This document shows, one piece after another, positions 8,375 to 17,147 of a stretch of DNA of 30,727 nucleotides (positions within the stretch are counted from its first letter, which is position 1; the number at the start of each line of letters is the position of its first letter). The position numbers and the translations under genes were made by a program. This DNA comes from Aquificaceae bacterium (GTDB taxonomy: Bacteria > Aquificota > Aquificia > Aquificales > Aquificaceae): positions 1-30,727 of the forward strand of contig JBCNVD010000027.1 in the NCBI GenBank assembly GCA_039630345.1. The letters run 5' to 3'. The notes beneath the pieces are model-generated. The model had not been told where the DNA came from. It ran no database searches and saw only the letters and a program-made list of their open reading frames with translations.

Positions 8375-10364
8375 CTCAAGAGCTGGGGAATTTCGGCTTA
8401 AAACCAGCCTTAAACCGGCGGGGGATCAGCCAAGGGCTATAGAGCAAATAGTGCAGAATCTAAATTATGGCTTAAAGCACCAGGTTTTGCTAGGTGCTAC
8501 AGGAACCGGTAAGACATTCACGATAGCGAATGTCATTCAAAAGTATGGAAAACCTACATTGATTCTGGCTCACAATAAAATCCTTGCTGCACAGCTTTAT
8601 AGAGAGCTTAAAGAGCTCTTTCCTGAAAATGCCGTGGAGTATTTTATAAGCTACTATGACTACTATAGACCTGAGGCATACATCCCGGAGCAGGACATTT
8701 ACATAGAAAAGGATGCAAGTATCAATCAGGTGCTTGATAGATATCGCCACAGCGCAACAGTTTCAGTGCTGGAAAGAAGAGATGTTATAGTTGTTGCTTC
8801 TGTATCTTGCATTTATGGTCTTGGTTCGCCACATGCTTACTATCAGATGAGGCTGTCTTTAAAATTAGGGGATGTAGTTAGTCTAAGCCAGGTTTCCAGA
8901 AAGCTTGTTGAGATTGGATATGAACGAAATGAGGTTGCCCTTTCGCGAGCGAGCTTTTCTGTGAGGGCAAACACCATAGAGATAGTGCCTTCGGATGTTG
9001 AGGATAGACTTGTAAAGATTGAGTTCTGGGACGATGAGGTGGATTCTATTGAGATAATAGACCCAATCAACAGACACATTATCGCCAAACTTGACAAAAT
9101 AGTGCTATTTCCGGGCTCTCACTATGTTGCCCCAAAAGAGTCCATAGAGGAAGCGCTAGAGCAAATAGAAAGAGACCTTCATGAGAGGGTAAAGTGGTTT
9201 TTGGATAGGGGAAAAGAGCTGGAGGCAAGAAGACTTACGCAAACTACCATGCATGACCTTGAGCTCATTAGAGAGCTCGGGCACTGTAAGGGAATAGAGA
9301 ACTACTCAAGGTATTTTGAAGGTAGAGCCCCGGGAGAGCCACCTTATACGCTTCTGGATTACTTCCCGGAGGATTTTTTGCTCATAGTGGATGAGAGCCA
9401 TGTCACCATCCCTCAGGTCAGGGCAATGTATAATGGCGACCGCTCTAGAAAAGAGAAGCTCGTTGAATATGGCTGGAGACTGCCTTCTGCGCTTGATAAT
9501 AGGCCCTTAAAGTTTGAAGAGTTCTTGCAAAAACTAAATCAGGTTATTTATCTATCTGCAACGCCTGATGAGTGGGAGATTGAAAAAAGTCAGGGGGTTC
9601 TTGTTGAGCAAATAGTAAGACCCACAGGGCTTCTTGACCCTCTGGTTGAGGTAAGACCAAAGAGGGGACAGCTTGAGAACCTCCTTATGGAAATTCAGAA
9701 AAACAGAGAGCGAAATGAAAGAGCTCTTGTTATAACCACCACCAAGAGACTTGCTGAGGAGGTTTCAGAATATCTTCTGGAGCGCTCTGTCAGGGCAACA
9801 TATTTGCACTCTGACCTTGATGCAATAAAGAGGGCAAAGCTAGTAAAGCAACTAAGGGAAGGAGAGATTGAAGTTTTGGTTGGGGTAAACCTCCTGAGAG
9901 AAGGCCTTGACCTGCCTGAGGTTTCTCTTGTTGCAATTCTGGATGCTGATAGGGAGGGATTTTTAAGGAGCGCAACCTCTCTCATACAGATAATAGGTCG
10001 CGCTGCGAGAAACATAAACGGGCGCGCAATTTTATATGCGGACAGAATAACACCATCCATGGCTAAAGCCATAGAGGAGACAAACAGAAGAAGAGACATT
10101 CAGGAAAGGTTTAACAAAGAGCATAGCATTCAACCCTCTTCAATAAAAAAACCCGTTAAAGAGCTCCTTGCCATAGAAGAGCTTGACTATGTTAAACTGC
10201 CTATTAAACTGCCTGAAGGCATATCAAGCGAGCAGGACCTTATCAAAAAGATAGAAGAGCTTGAAAAGCAAATGCATGCACATGCCAAAAAGTGGGAGTT
10301 TGAAAAGGCCGCAAAACTAAGAGACGAGATTAAATCCCTCAGAGAGCTCCTTAGACTCTTTTGA
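8364..10364 (+). CDS. uvrB: Excinuclease ABC subunit B
   Basis: [48 protein letters not shown] and a C-terminal UVR domain. Confidence 0.98.
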   Translation: MKINSRAGEFRLKTSLKPAGDQPRAIEQIVQNLNYGLKHQVLLGATGTGKTFTIANVIQKYGKPTLILAHNKILAAQLYRELKELFPENAVEYFISYYDYYRPEAYIPEQDIYIEKDASINQVLDRYRHSATVSVLERRDVIVVASVSCIYGLGSPHAYYQMRLSLKLGDVVSLSQVSRKLVEIGYERNEVALSRASFSVRANTIEIVPSDVEDRLVKIEFWDDEVDSIEIIDPINRHIIAKLDKIVLFPGSHYVAPKESIEEALEQIERDLHERVKWFLDRGKELEARRLTQTTMHDLELIRELGHCKGIENYSRYFEGRAPGEPPYTLLDYFPEDFLLIVDESHVTIPQVRAMYNGDRSRKEKLVEYGWRLPSALDNRPLKFEEFLQKLNQVIYLSATPDEWEIEKSQGVLVEQIVRPTGLLDPLVEVRPKRGQLENLLMEIQKNRERNERALVITTTKRLAEEVSEYLLERSVRATYLHSDLDAIKRAKLVKQLREGEIEVLVGVNLLREGLDLPEVSLVAILDADREGFLRSATSLIQIIGRAARNINGRAILYADRITPSMAKAIEETNRRRDIQERFNKEHSIQPSSIKKPVKELLAIEELDYVKLPIKLPEGISSEQDLIKKIEELEKQMHAHAKKWEFEKAAKLRDEIKSLRELLRLF

Positions 10365-10404
10365 TGTATCTCCCTTTTTAGGGCTTGGTTTTAAAATATA
10401 GTCT

Positions 10405-10980
10405 GTGCATAAGTTTGACCCTTCAAAGCTTGAAAAGCTAGATAGCCCCTCGAGACTTGAGCTATTTGACCCTGAGAAGGTTTTAAAAGAGTTTGGTTTA
10501 AGAGCCGGGATGACTGCCTTTGATATAGGCACAGGCGCAGGGTTTTATCTGCCTTATCTATCAAAAATGGTTGGCGAATCTGGACGGGTTATTGCCTTTG
10601 ATGTTCAAAAAGAAGCAATCGAGTATGCCCTCAAAAAAGTTCAAACCCTTGGCCTTAAGAATGTCGAGGTGCTCTTAAGTCTTGAGCTATCTTTGCCTAT
10701 TGAGGACTCGGTTGCGGATTTTGTCTATATGGCTTTTGTATTTCATGAGCTTGAAGACCCTGTTAAATTTATGAAAGAAGTCTCAAGAGCTTCAAAGCCA
10801 GGGGCTCTTATGTGCATAATAGACTGGACGAAAGAAGAGCGTGACAAAGGTCCTCCTAAAGAGGAGGTCTATTCAGAATGGGAAATGGGGCTTATGATAG
10901 AAGAAGCTGGTCTTAGAGCTGCCAGAGCCGTGAAGGTGGGCGATTATGCTTTTGGTTTTTATGTATTAAAGCCTGTGTAG
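10405..10980 (+). CDS. Class I SAM-dependent methyltransferase
   Basis: Motif I FDIGTGAG, acidic motif II AFDVQ, FVFHEL and IIDW.K...GPP. Confidence 0.88.
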   Translation: MHKFDPSKLEKLDSPSRLELFDPEKVLKEFGLRAGMTAFDIGTGAGFYLPYLSKMVGESGRVIAFDVQKEAIEYALKKVQTLGLKNVEVLLSLELSLPIEDSVADFVYMAFVFHELEDPVKFMKEVSRASKPGALMCIIDWTKEERDKGPPKEEVYSEWEMGLMIEEAGLRAARAVKVGDYAFGFYVLKPV

Positions 10981-10985
10981 ATGCC

Positions 10986-11234
10986 ATGAAAAGCGTAAAG
11001 GAAGAGTTAAAAAAATTTGGCATAGAGTTCGAGAGTAAGTATTTGCTCTATCGAACCGAGACAAGGACTCTCGCTATACCCTACAACCACATAAGGGTAG
11101 TCGAATTCAGAAGCGGAAAGGTCCACATTTACACAGGAGGAATTGATAAGCTAACGATAGAAATCCCGAACGAAGCCCTGTCTTATACCCTTTTTGAAGA
11201 GCTACTTGTTTATATTGAGCGCTCTTTTATGTAA
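10986..11234 (+). CDS. Hypothetical protein (82 aa; beta-rich with a C-terminal helix, possibly PH-like)
   Basis: ATG start 5 nt after the upstream stop, codon usage like its neighbours, and it fills the gap exactly. Confidence 0.7.
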   Translation: MKSVKEELKKFGIEFESKYLLYRTETRTLAIPYNHIRVVEFRSGKVHIYTGGIDKLTIEIPNEALSYTLFEELLVYIERSFM

Positions 11235-11505
11235 TTCCTCCTGCTATTGCGGGGACTATTGATATGGTGTCCCCTGGCTTTAGGGGGGTATCAAGACCCT
11301 GGAGAAACCTTATGTCTTCGTCGTTTAGATAAAGGTTTACAAACCTTCTTAGCTCCCCATTTTCGTCAATGAGCCTCTCTCGCATGCCTTTAAATTGCTT
11401 TTCAAGCTCTTCAATGGCTTCGCGGACATTACCTGCGCTTACTTGCACCTCACCAAGACCGTTGGTTATGCGCCTAAGTGGTGTTGGGACTCTAACATTT
11501 ACCAT
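11227..11505 (-). CDS. MoaD/ThiS/CysO-like ubiquitin-fold sulfur carrier protein
   Basis: VRVPTPLR...LRRFVNLYLNDEDIRFLQGLDTPL..GD.ISIVPAIAGG, followed by the extra residues IT. Confidence 0.9.
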   Translation of the reverse strand: MVNVRVPTPLRRITNGLGEVQVSAGNVREAIEELEKQFKGMRERLIDENGELRRFVNLYLNDEDIRFLQGLDTPLKPGDTISIVPAIAGGIT

Positions 11506-11515
11506 AAGATGTTAT

Positions 11516-12127
11516 TTAAGCACTTTGACCCGGTCTTGGCAAGCGCCAGCTAAATGCTATGGCAAGAAGCCTTAAAAAAAGAACACAAAAACAACACACT
11601 ATCGCTGAGGCGGTTAATGAAAATGCCTGCATGGATATTAAAAAAGCAACCGCTCCTGCTATACTGCAAGAGGCGTAAAAGTCCTCTCTCAAAACGCTCG
11701 GGACTTTATTTAGCATAAGCTCCGCAATAAAACCCCCTCCCGCGCCTGTGATGGTTGAGAGAATAATCACCCCAAAGGGAGAAACCCCGGCATAGCTTGC
11801 AAGGATTGCACCTGTCGTGCTAAAAGCGGCTAGCCCAATTGCGTCTGCAACGGGCAAAAACATCTTTACAGACCTTAAGTGCTTTAAAACTATCGCACCT
11901 ATGCTTCCAGCAAGCGCAATCAAAACATCAATCTCAGACCTTAGAGCTCTTGGCACTTCAGATAGCAAGATGTCTCTTATAATCCCCCCACCAAGAGCGC
12001 AGGTGAGCCCTATGGCAATAACCCCAAGAAGGTCAAGGCGCTCCTCAATTGCCCTTAAAGCCCCGCTAAGACCAAAGGCAAAAAGCCCAAGCACATTCAT
12101 AAACCAGAGAACCTCTTCAAAGCTCAA
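11516..12127 (-). CDS. Trimeric intracellular cation channel / UPF0126 (YadS/YicG-like) membrane protein
   Basis: Two repeats: AFGLSGA...ALGGGIIRDILL and DAIGLAAF...GAGGGFIAELML. The start is likely the TTG at 12127 or the ATG at 12100 rather than 12178. Confidence 0.88.
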   Translation of the reverse strand: MSFEEVLWFMNVLGLFAFGLSGALRAIEERLDLLGVIAIGLTCALGGGIIRDILLSEVPRALRSEIDVLIALAGSIGAIVLKHLRSVKMFLPVADAIGLAAFSTTGAILASYAGVSPFGVIILSTITGAGGGFIAELMLNKVPSVLREDFYASCSIAGAVAFLISMQAFSLTASAIVCCFCVLFLRLLAIAFSWRLPRPGQSA

Positions 12128-12638
12128 CCAGATAAACCCCCGGGAGCTCTCTGCCTTCCTCTGCAAGGTCCATGCCATAACCTACCACAAACTCATCCCC
12201 TATCTCAAAAGCGTAGAAATCTACCTCAATCCGCGCCTTTCGGCGCGATTTTTTGATAAGGGCAAAGCTATATATCTCTTTAGCGCCTCTTTTCTCAAGG
12301 TGCTTTAAAAGCCACTCGAGGCTCTGACCTGTGTCAACTATGTCTTCAACCACGAGAACCTTCTGACCACTTATATCAAGCCTGCTGTCGCAAATTAGCT
12401 TAAGCTCTCCGGGAGAGCTCTTTTGACCATAGCTCGAAAGCCATATAAAATCCACAAGAATTGGGGATTTAAATCTCCTTATAAGGTCTGCAGTTACGAC
12501 AAAAGCACCCTTTAGCACTCCAATGACCACAAACTGCCCATTTATCTTTGCTTCAATCTTTGGGGCAAGCTCGTCAAGACGACTCTGAATAAGCTGTTGT
12601 GAAAATAATTCTCTCAAGCGTTTTCCTGATAGCTTCAT
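12117..12638 (-). CDS. hpt: Hypoxanthine phosphoribosyltransferase
   Basis: IGVLKGAF, the SSY loop, PRPP motif VLVVEDIVDTG, and FVVGYGMD. Confidence 0.93.
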   Translation of the reverse strand: MKLSGKRLRELFSQQLIQSRLDELAPKIEAKINGQFVVIGVLKGAFVVTADLIRRFKSPILVDFIWLSSYGQKSSPGELKLICDSRLDISGQKVLVVEDIVDTGQSLEWLLKHLEKRGAKEIYSFALIKKSRRKARIEVDFYAFEIGDEFVVGYGMDLAEEGRELPGVYLVEL

Positions 12639-13068
12639 CGAGTTTCAGCTCCATCTGTATTGCGTCTTTACCGCTTTGATAATACCTGCTTCTATAAGAT
12701 ATTATCTCAAAGCCAAGGGATTGATAGAGTCTAATGGCTTTAAAGTTAGAAGATTTAACATCAAGCGTGACTATTTTTACTTTATCTATGAGTTTTTCAA
12801 GAACATAAGATAGCAGGAACTTTCCAAGACCCTTTCCCTGATGGTCTTTATCAATTGCTATTGACATAATTTGAGCCTCGTCTGAAACTACCCATACTAT
12901 GCAATAGCCTAAGATATTATCTTTTAGCTCCAGAACCCACCTTTTTGAGTTTGGGACTTTAAACTCTCTCTCAAAAGCCCTTATGTCCCATGCGTCTTCT
13001 TTAAAGCAAGTGAGGTTTATCTCGTAAACTCTCCTGATGTCCTGTATTGACATTTCTCTTACTTTCAC
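12574..13068 (-). CDS. rimI: Ribosomal protein alanine N-acetyltransferase (RimI family GNAT)
   Basis: IAI..HQGKGLG (AcCoA motif), LDVKSSN.KAIRLYQSLGF and YY..GKDA..M. Confidence 0.88.
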   Translation of the reverse strand: MKVREMSIQDIRRVYEINLTCFKEDAWDIRAFEREFKVPNSKRWVLELKDNILGYCIVWVVSDEAQIMSIAIDKDHQGKGLGKFLLSYVLEKLIDKVKIVTLDVKSSNFKAIRLYQSLGFEIISYRSRYYQSGKDAIQMELKLDEAIRKTLERIIFTTAYSESS

Positions 13069-13072
13069 GGAT

Positions 13073-13096
13073 TATAATTTAAACGCCAAAGGGAGG
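13073..13096 (+). promoter_or_regulatory. -10 box and SD for the lemA operon
   Basis: TATAAT at 13073-13078 and GGAGG at 13092-13096, ahead of the ATG at 13101. Confidence 0.6.
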
Positions 13097-13100
13097 AAAA

Positions 13101-13658
13101 ATGACTGCTTTTTTGATAGTCTTTGCAGTCTTTGCGGTTTTTGTGATACTAAGCTATAACCTTCTGGTTACAAAAAGAAACGCGGTTTCAAATGCCTACT
13201 CGAGCATAGATGTATATTTAAAAAACCGCTACGACCTTATACCCAATCTGGTGGCTTCGGTTAAAACCTATATGGAACACGAGGCAAATACCCTAATTCG
13301 CATAACAGAGCTGCGCTCTAAACTCCTGCAGGGACAATTGCCCCCCGGCGAGCGTCTAAAGGCAGAGGGAGAACTATCCGGGCTTTTATCAAGGCTTTTG
13401 ATGGTGTCTGAAAACTATCCACAGCTTAGAGCAAACGAGAACTTTCTGCACCTTCAACAATCTCTTGCAGAGATGGAAGAGCGAATATCCGCCGCAAGAA
13501 GAGCCTATAACGCCGCAGTAACAGATTATAACAACGCCCTTGGGATTTTCCCGATAAATATAATTGCAGGGATTTTTAACTTCAAACCCGCAGAGTGGTT
13601 TGAAGCCCCAGAAGAGGAGAAGAAAACCCCTGATGTAAGGGCTTTATTTAAAAATTAA
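13101..13658 (+). CDS. lemA: LemA family protein
   Basis: N-terminal TM helix, YN.LV, RYDLIPNLV, ENYPQLRANENF and RRAYN..V..YN....FP. Confidence 0.95.
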   Translation: MTAFLIVFAVFAVFVILSYNLLVTKRNAVSNAYSSIDVYLKNRYDLIPNLVASVKTYMEHEANTLIRITELRSKLLQGQLPPGERLKAEGELSGLLSRLLMVSENYPQLRANENFLHLQQSLAEMEERISAARRAYNAAVTDYNNALGIFPINIIAGIFNFKPAEWFEAPEEEKKTPDVRALFKN

Positions 13659-14593
13659 TGGATAATCTTGAATCTATTATAGAGATTGTCGAAAAGGAGC
13701 GAAATGGGCTCGTAAAAAGCACAATCACGTGGCTTTCAATATATTCAACTATTGGGGCAATTATTTACCTTTTTGGGATGCATTACTCTTCTCATAGTTA
13801 TTTAAAGCTCTTTGGCGTTGCTATTTTTATTGCAGGCGCTATCTCAACCATGTCTATAAAGCAAGGATACTATAAAGGAGTTTTTAAAGAGCTGTTTTTA
13901 AAGAGTCTATTCAGGCATAAATTTGGCGAAAATTTTGAATATAGACCTCAAGATTACATTCGCTCTGATTTTTTCTTAAATAGCATGCTCTTTAGCCACA
14001 AACCAATGCCGGATAGATACAGAGGAGAAGATTTAATAATCGCTTCTGTTGATTCCATAAGGATTAACTTCTCCGAAGTTCACGCTCAGTATTTAGAAAC
14101 ACAGTATGTTCAGGGTAAAAAAAGACAATACTGGGTTGACATCTTTAGAGGGGTTTTTGCCATTGCTGAGTTTCCAAAAACCGCAAAAGTTCCGGTTGTG
14201 GTCTTGCCAAACTTTGAAAAGGTCTTTTCCCTGCCCTGGGAAGCTTTAAAAAAGGTAAAACTCGAAGACCCGGAGTTTGAGGAAATCTTCAGTGTCTGGA
14301 GCAAAGACCAGATAGAGGCAAGGTATATCCTTAGTATAAGTTTAATGAGAAGAATGGTAGAATTTTACAAAAAAGCCAGAGAAAAAGGATTTAAACAGGA
14401 CATTTACTTCTCCTTTGTTGGTAAATATATGTTCTTTGCCATAAACTCAGGCGATTTTCTAAGGGTGCCATTTTACTTAAGTAGCTTTAAATCAGCTTAC
14501 AATAGCGGTAAGTATGATTTATATGTTCAGGAAGTTGAACTTATTTTATCAATCATCGAAGAGCTCAATCTAAAACTTGATATATGGCTCTGA
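13658..14593 (+). CDS. DUF3137 family membrane protein
   Basis: Two N-terminal TM helices, FSEVH...IFRGVF and V.LED.EF...F.V.S.DQIEARYILS.SLM. It is coupled to lemA via TAATG, a usual context for this family. Confidence 0.78.
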   Translation: MDNLESIIEIVEKERNGLVKSTITWLSIYSTIGAIIYLFGMHYSSHSYLKLFGVAIFIAGAISTMSIKQGYYKGVFKELFLKSLFRHKFGENFEYRPQDYIRSDFFLNSMLFSHKPMPDRYRGEDLIIASVDSIRINFSEVHAQYLETQYVQGKKRQYWVDIFRGVFAIAEFPKTAKVPVVVLPNFEKVFSLPWEALKKVKLEDPEFEEIFSVWSKDQIEARYILSISLMRRMVEFYKKAREKGFKQDIYFSFVGKYMFFAINSGDFLRVPFYLSSFKSAYNSGKYDLYVQEVELILSIIEELNLKLDIWL

Positions 14594-16482
14594 TATGGAT
14601 AGTTTTGCTACTTTCCATAAGTTTTGCGGCTGAAGTTGACATAGACTCTGATTTTCTTGAGAGAGAGAGCTCCGGAAGAATATTTGCCTATGGCAATGTC
14701 GTTGCTAAATTTAAAAACTACATAATAAACGCAGACACCGTTGTTTATGATGTAAAAGCCGGCGAAGTTTACGCTTTTGGGAATTTAAAACTCAAATCCT
14801 TGGATGAGAGTTTGCAGCTTGAGGCTCAGGAGGCTTTTTTTGACACATTAAGAGAAGAGGGGTTTTTAACCTTTGCAAGTGGAAGGATAAATACAGTTTA
14901 TGTAAATGCTTCTTTTTTAAAAGCTTCTGCAAACGAAATTGATTTGAGTGATGCCAGCATAACCACCTGCCCTCCGGATAGAAGAGAGCTCTTTCTTTGC
15001 ATTCAGAGGGCAAAACTCAGTCAAAGATACGCTTATTTAGGCCCTTCGACTTTGAAGTTTTTCAATCAAAGCGTTTTTTATCTCCCCGGTTTTATCCTGC
15101 CAGTTGGAGAAAGAAGAAGCGGGCTTTTACCGCCCGAAATAGGCTCTGATAGCGACAGCAGGTTTATCTACAGACAGGGGGTTTATTTTGTTTTTGGTCA
15201 GAACAAAGATGCAACGATTGGCCTTGATGTAAGGAGTTCCGGGATAAAGGGTCTAAACTTTGAATACAGGCAGGCAATCAAAAAGAGCAACGACTTTTTA
15301 TTTAACCTCTCTTTATTTAAAGAGCCTGATATCAGAACCTATCGCGAAAGAAGAGTCGAAAACAGATACAGGTTTAAACTAAGCCTGGACCTTGATAACA
15401 TCAATTTAAAACTGGACTTTGTATCTGATAGAGATTTTTTGCGAGACTACGCAAAAGGAGATGAAAAAACTGCCCCTTACATAGAGTCTTTTTTTAGCTT
15501 TTCCAGGTATTTTGGAAACTCCATAGTATATCTTGATTTCAGGCACTTTTATGACACAACTTCTAAAAATAGCTCTATTTTGCAAAGACTTCCAGAAGCA
15601 GGGGTATATCTTCCATCACATAAACTTTTTAAAGACACTTATTTTAGCCTCAGGAGCTCATTTACAAACTTTTACAGGAAAGAGGGGACAAACACCCAGA
15701 GACTTTTGCTAATGCCAAAACTAACTCATCAAAAAAAGCTTGGTGATAATTTTATTTTAGTTACTGACTTTGGGCTTGGTGGCATTTACTATCTTAATCC
15801 TTCGTCTTTTGTCACTTCTTTGGATTTTTCCAATACCTTTCGAACCTTTTTAAACTGGGAATTTGAAAAAAACAAGCTCGAGCTAAGTGCATCTGCTCGC
15901 TACAGCTATATAGACGTAAAAGGAGAAGCTCTTGGTTTTGACCTCTTTGACCGCTTAAAAGACGAAAATAGCGCCGAATTGAGTCTGGATTTAAAAGCCT
16001 TCAGAAACAACGAGCAAAAGCTCAGTGCCAATATCAAAACTTCAGGGAGGGTGGGTGGGAATCTCACGCCCCTAAGGGGCGTGATAGAGATAAATCCATT
16101 TAGCTGGCTAGTAGCTTCTTATGAAAAGACTTTAGATGACAAAGCTCAGGAGGGTGAGTTTAGCTCTTTGAGGGTTTTTGGTAAAAATCTGGAGGCGAAG
16201 ATAACTCACTCAGTTGTGAGAAAAGGCGCTGGTAAAAACGAACAGCTGAGGTTTGACCTAAGTTTCAGGGGAGAGAGTATAGACCTTGAGATTGGCTTTA
16301 TAAGAGACATCTTTGCCAGAAAGGACACTTTGAAGAGTCTGCAAATATCTTATAAGGGAGGTTGCTGGCAAATTGGCACTTTGCTAAGGGAGAGTTTTGA
16401 AGGGCAAAGACGCTTAAGAGAGGCTTTTCTGTCTTTAAGTATTTTTGATTTAAGGGGTATTAAGTTGCCTGTTTTCCGTTAA
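14584..16482 (+). CDS. lptD: LPS-assembly outer-membrane protein LptD (OstA/Imp)
   Basis: Signal peptide, OstA-like AYGNV...INAD, ITTCP, RRSGLLPP, LQRLPE and C-terminal YKGGCW. Confidence 0.85.
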   Translation: MALIWIVLLLSISFAAEVDIDSDFLERESSGRIFAYGNVVAKFKNYIINADTVVYDVKAGEVYAFGNLKLKSLDESLQLEAQEAFFDTLREEGFLTFASGRINTVYVNASFLKASANEIDLSDASITTCPPDRRELFLCIQRAKLSQRYAYLGPSTLKFFNQSVFYLPGFILPVGERRSGLLPPEIGSDSDSRFIYRQGVYFVFGQNKDATIGLDVRSSGIKGLNFEYRQAIKKSNDFLFNLSLFKEPDIRTYRERRVENRYRFKLSLDLDNINLKLDFVSDRDFLRDYAKGDEKTAPYIESFFSFSRYFGNSIVYLDFRHFYDTTSKNSSILQRLPEAGVYLPSHKLFKDTYFSLRSSFTNFYRKEGTNTQRLLLMPKLTHQKKLGDNFILVTDFGLGGIYYLNPSSFVTSLDFSNTFRTFLNWEFEKNKLELSASARYSYIDVKGEALGFDLFDRLKDENSAELSLDLKAFRNNEQKLSANIKTSGRVGGNLTPLRGVIEINPFSWLVASYEKTLDDKAQEGEFSSLRVFGKNLEAKITHSVVRKGAGKNEQLRFDLSFRGESIDLEIGFIRDIFARKDTLKSLQISYKGGCWQIGTLLRESFEGQRRLREAFLSLSIFDLRGIKLPVFR

Positions 16483-17147
16483 GGAAGCTCAATGTGGTCT
16501 AGAATCCCCTTTAGATTGTAGACTTTTCGTTTAATATCTGGGGCTTTAAAGATGTCAGAGCCAACTACCAGAATGTCCGCGCCTGATTTTGCAACTATTG
16601 CTATGTTTTCTTCTTTTATACCGCCGTCGATTTCTATTTTCAAAAGCGGGTTTATTGATTTTGCCATGAAGCTGAGTCTTTTTAGTCTATCTATGGAGCG
16701 CTGGATGAAACTCTGACCTCCAAAGCCGGGATTTACTGACATAAGCAGGATAAAGTCAGCGTAGTAAAGAGCTTCTGAGAGAAAATCAAGTGAAGTTGCA
16801 GGATTTATCGCTACCCCCGCCTTTGCGCCGAGGGATTTAATAAGGTCAATGCTTCTGTGGATGTGGGGGCTGTTTTCTATATGGATGCTTACCATGTCTG
16901 CGCCTGCTAGGATGAAGTCTTTTATGTATCTTTCGGGTCTATCAATCATCAAATGAGCATCCAGAGGAATAGGGCAATGCTTTTTTATCTGCTCAAGCAA
17001 TAGAGGGCCAAAGGTGATATTGGGCACAAAGTGCCCGTCCATGACATCAAAGTGCACAATATCTGCACCTGCTTCTATACACTGTTGCAGTTGCTCTTTG
17101 AGATTCCAGAAATCTGCAGAGAGGATAGATACCGCCAGCTGTTTCAT
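16479..17147 (-). CDS. rpe: Ribulose-phosphate 3-epimerase
   Basis: SILSADF, HFDVMDGHFVPNITFG, DAHLM, MSVNPGFGGQ and IDGG. Confidence 0.97.
   Translation of the reverse strand: MKQLAVSILSADFWNLKEQLQQCIEAGADIVHFDVMDGHFVPNITFGPLLLEQIKKHCPIPLDAHLMIDRPERYIKDFILAGADMVSIHIENSPHIHRSIDLIKSLGAKAGVAINPATSLDFLSEALYYADFILLMSVNPGFGGQSFIQRSIDRLKRLSFMAKSINPLLKIEIDGGIKEENIAIVAKSGADILVVGSDIFKAPDIKRKVYNLKGILDHIELP

Noticed and set aside
8490..10099. Several minus-strand ORFs inside uvrB
   Set aside because: They are fully antisense to a highly conserved gene and have Ser-rich shadow composition.
12128..12178. N-terminal extension of the TRIC-family ORF (start 12178)
   Set aside because: It lies deep within hpt. 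Family-like sequence begins near 12127-12100.
11817..12308. 163-aa plus-strand ORF
   Set aside because: It is antisense to the TRIC-family and hpt genes and has no recognisable domain.
13047..13078. Perfect TTGACA plus perfect TATAAT upstream of lemA as a consensus promoter
   Set aside because: The spacer is 20 bp, too long for a canonical pair. Only the -10 was kept.
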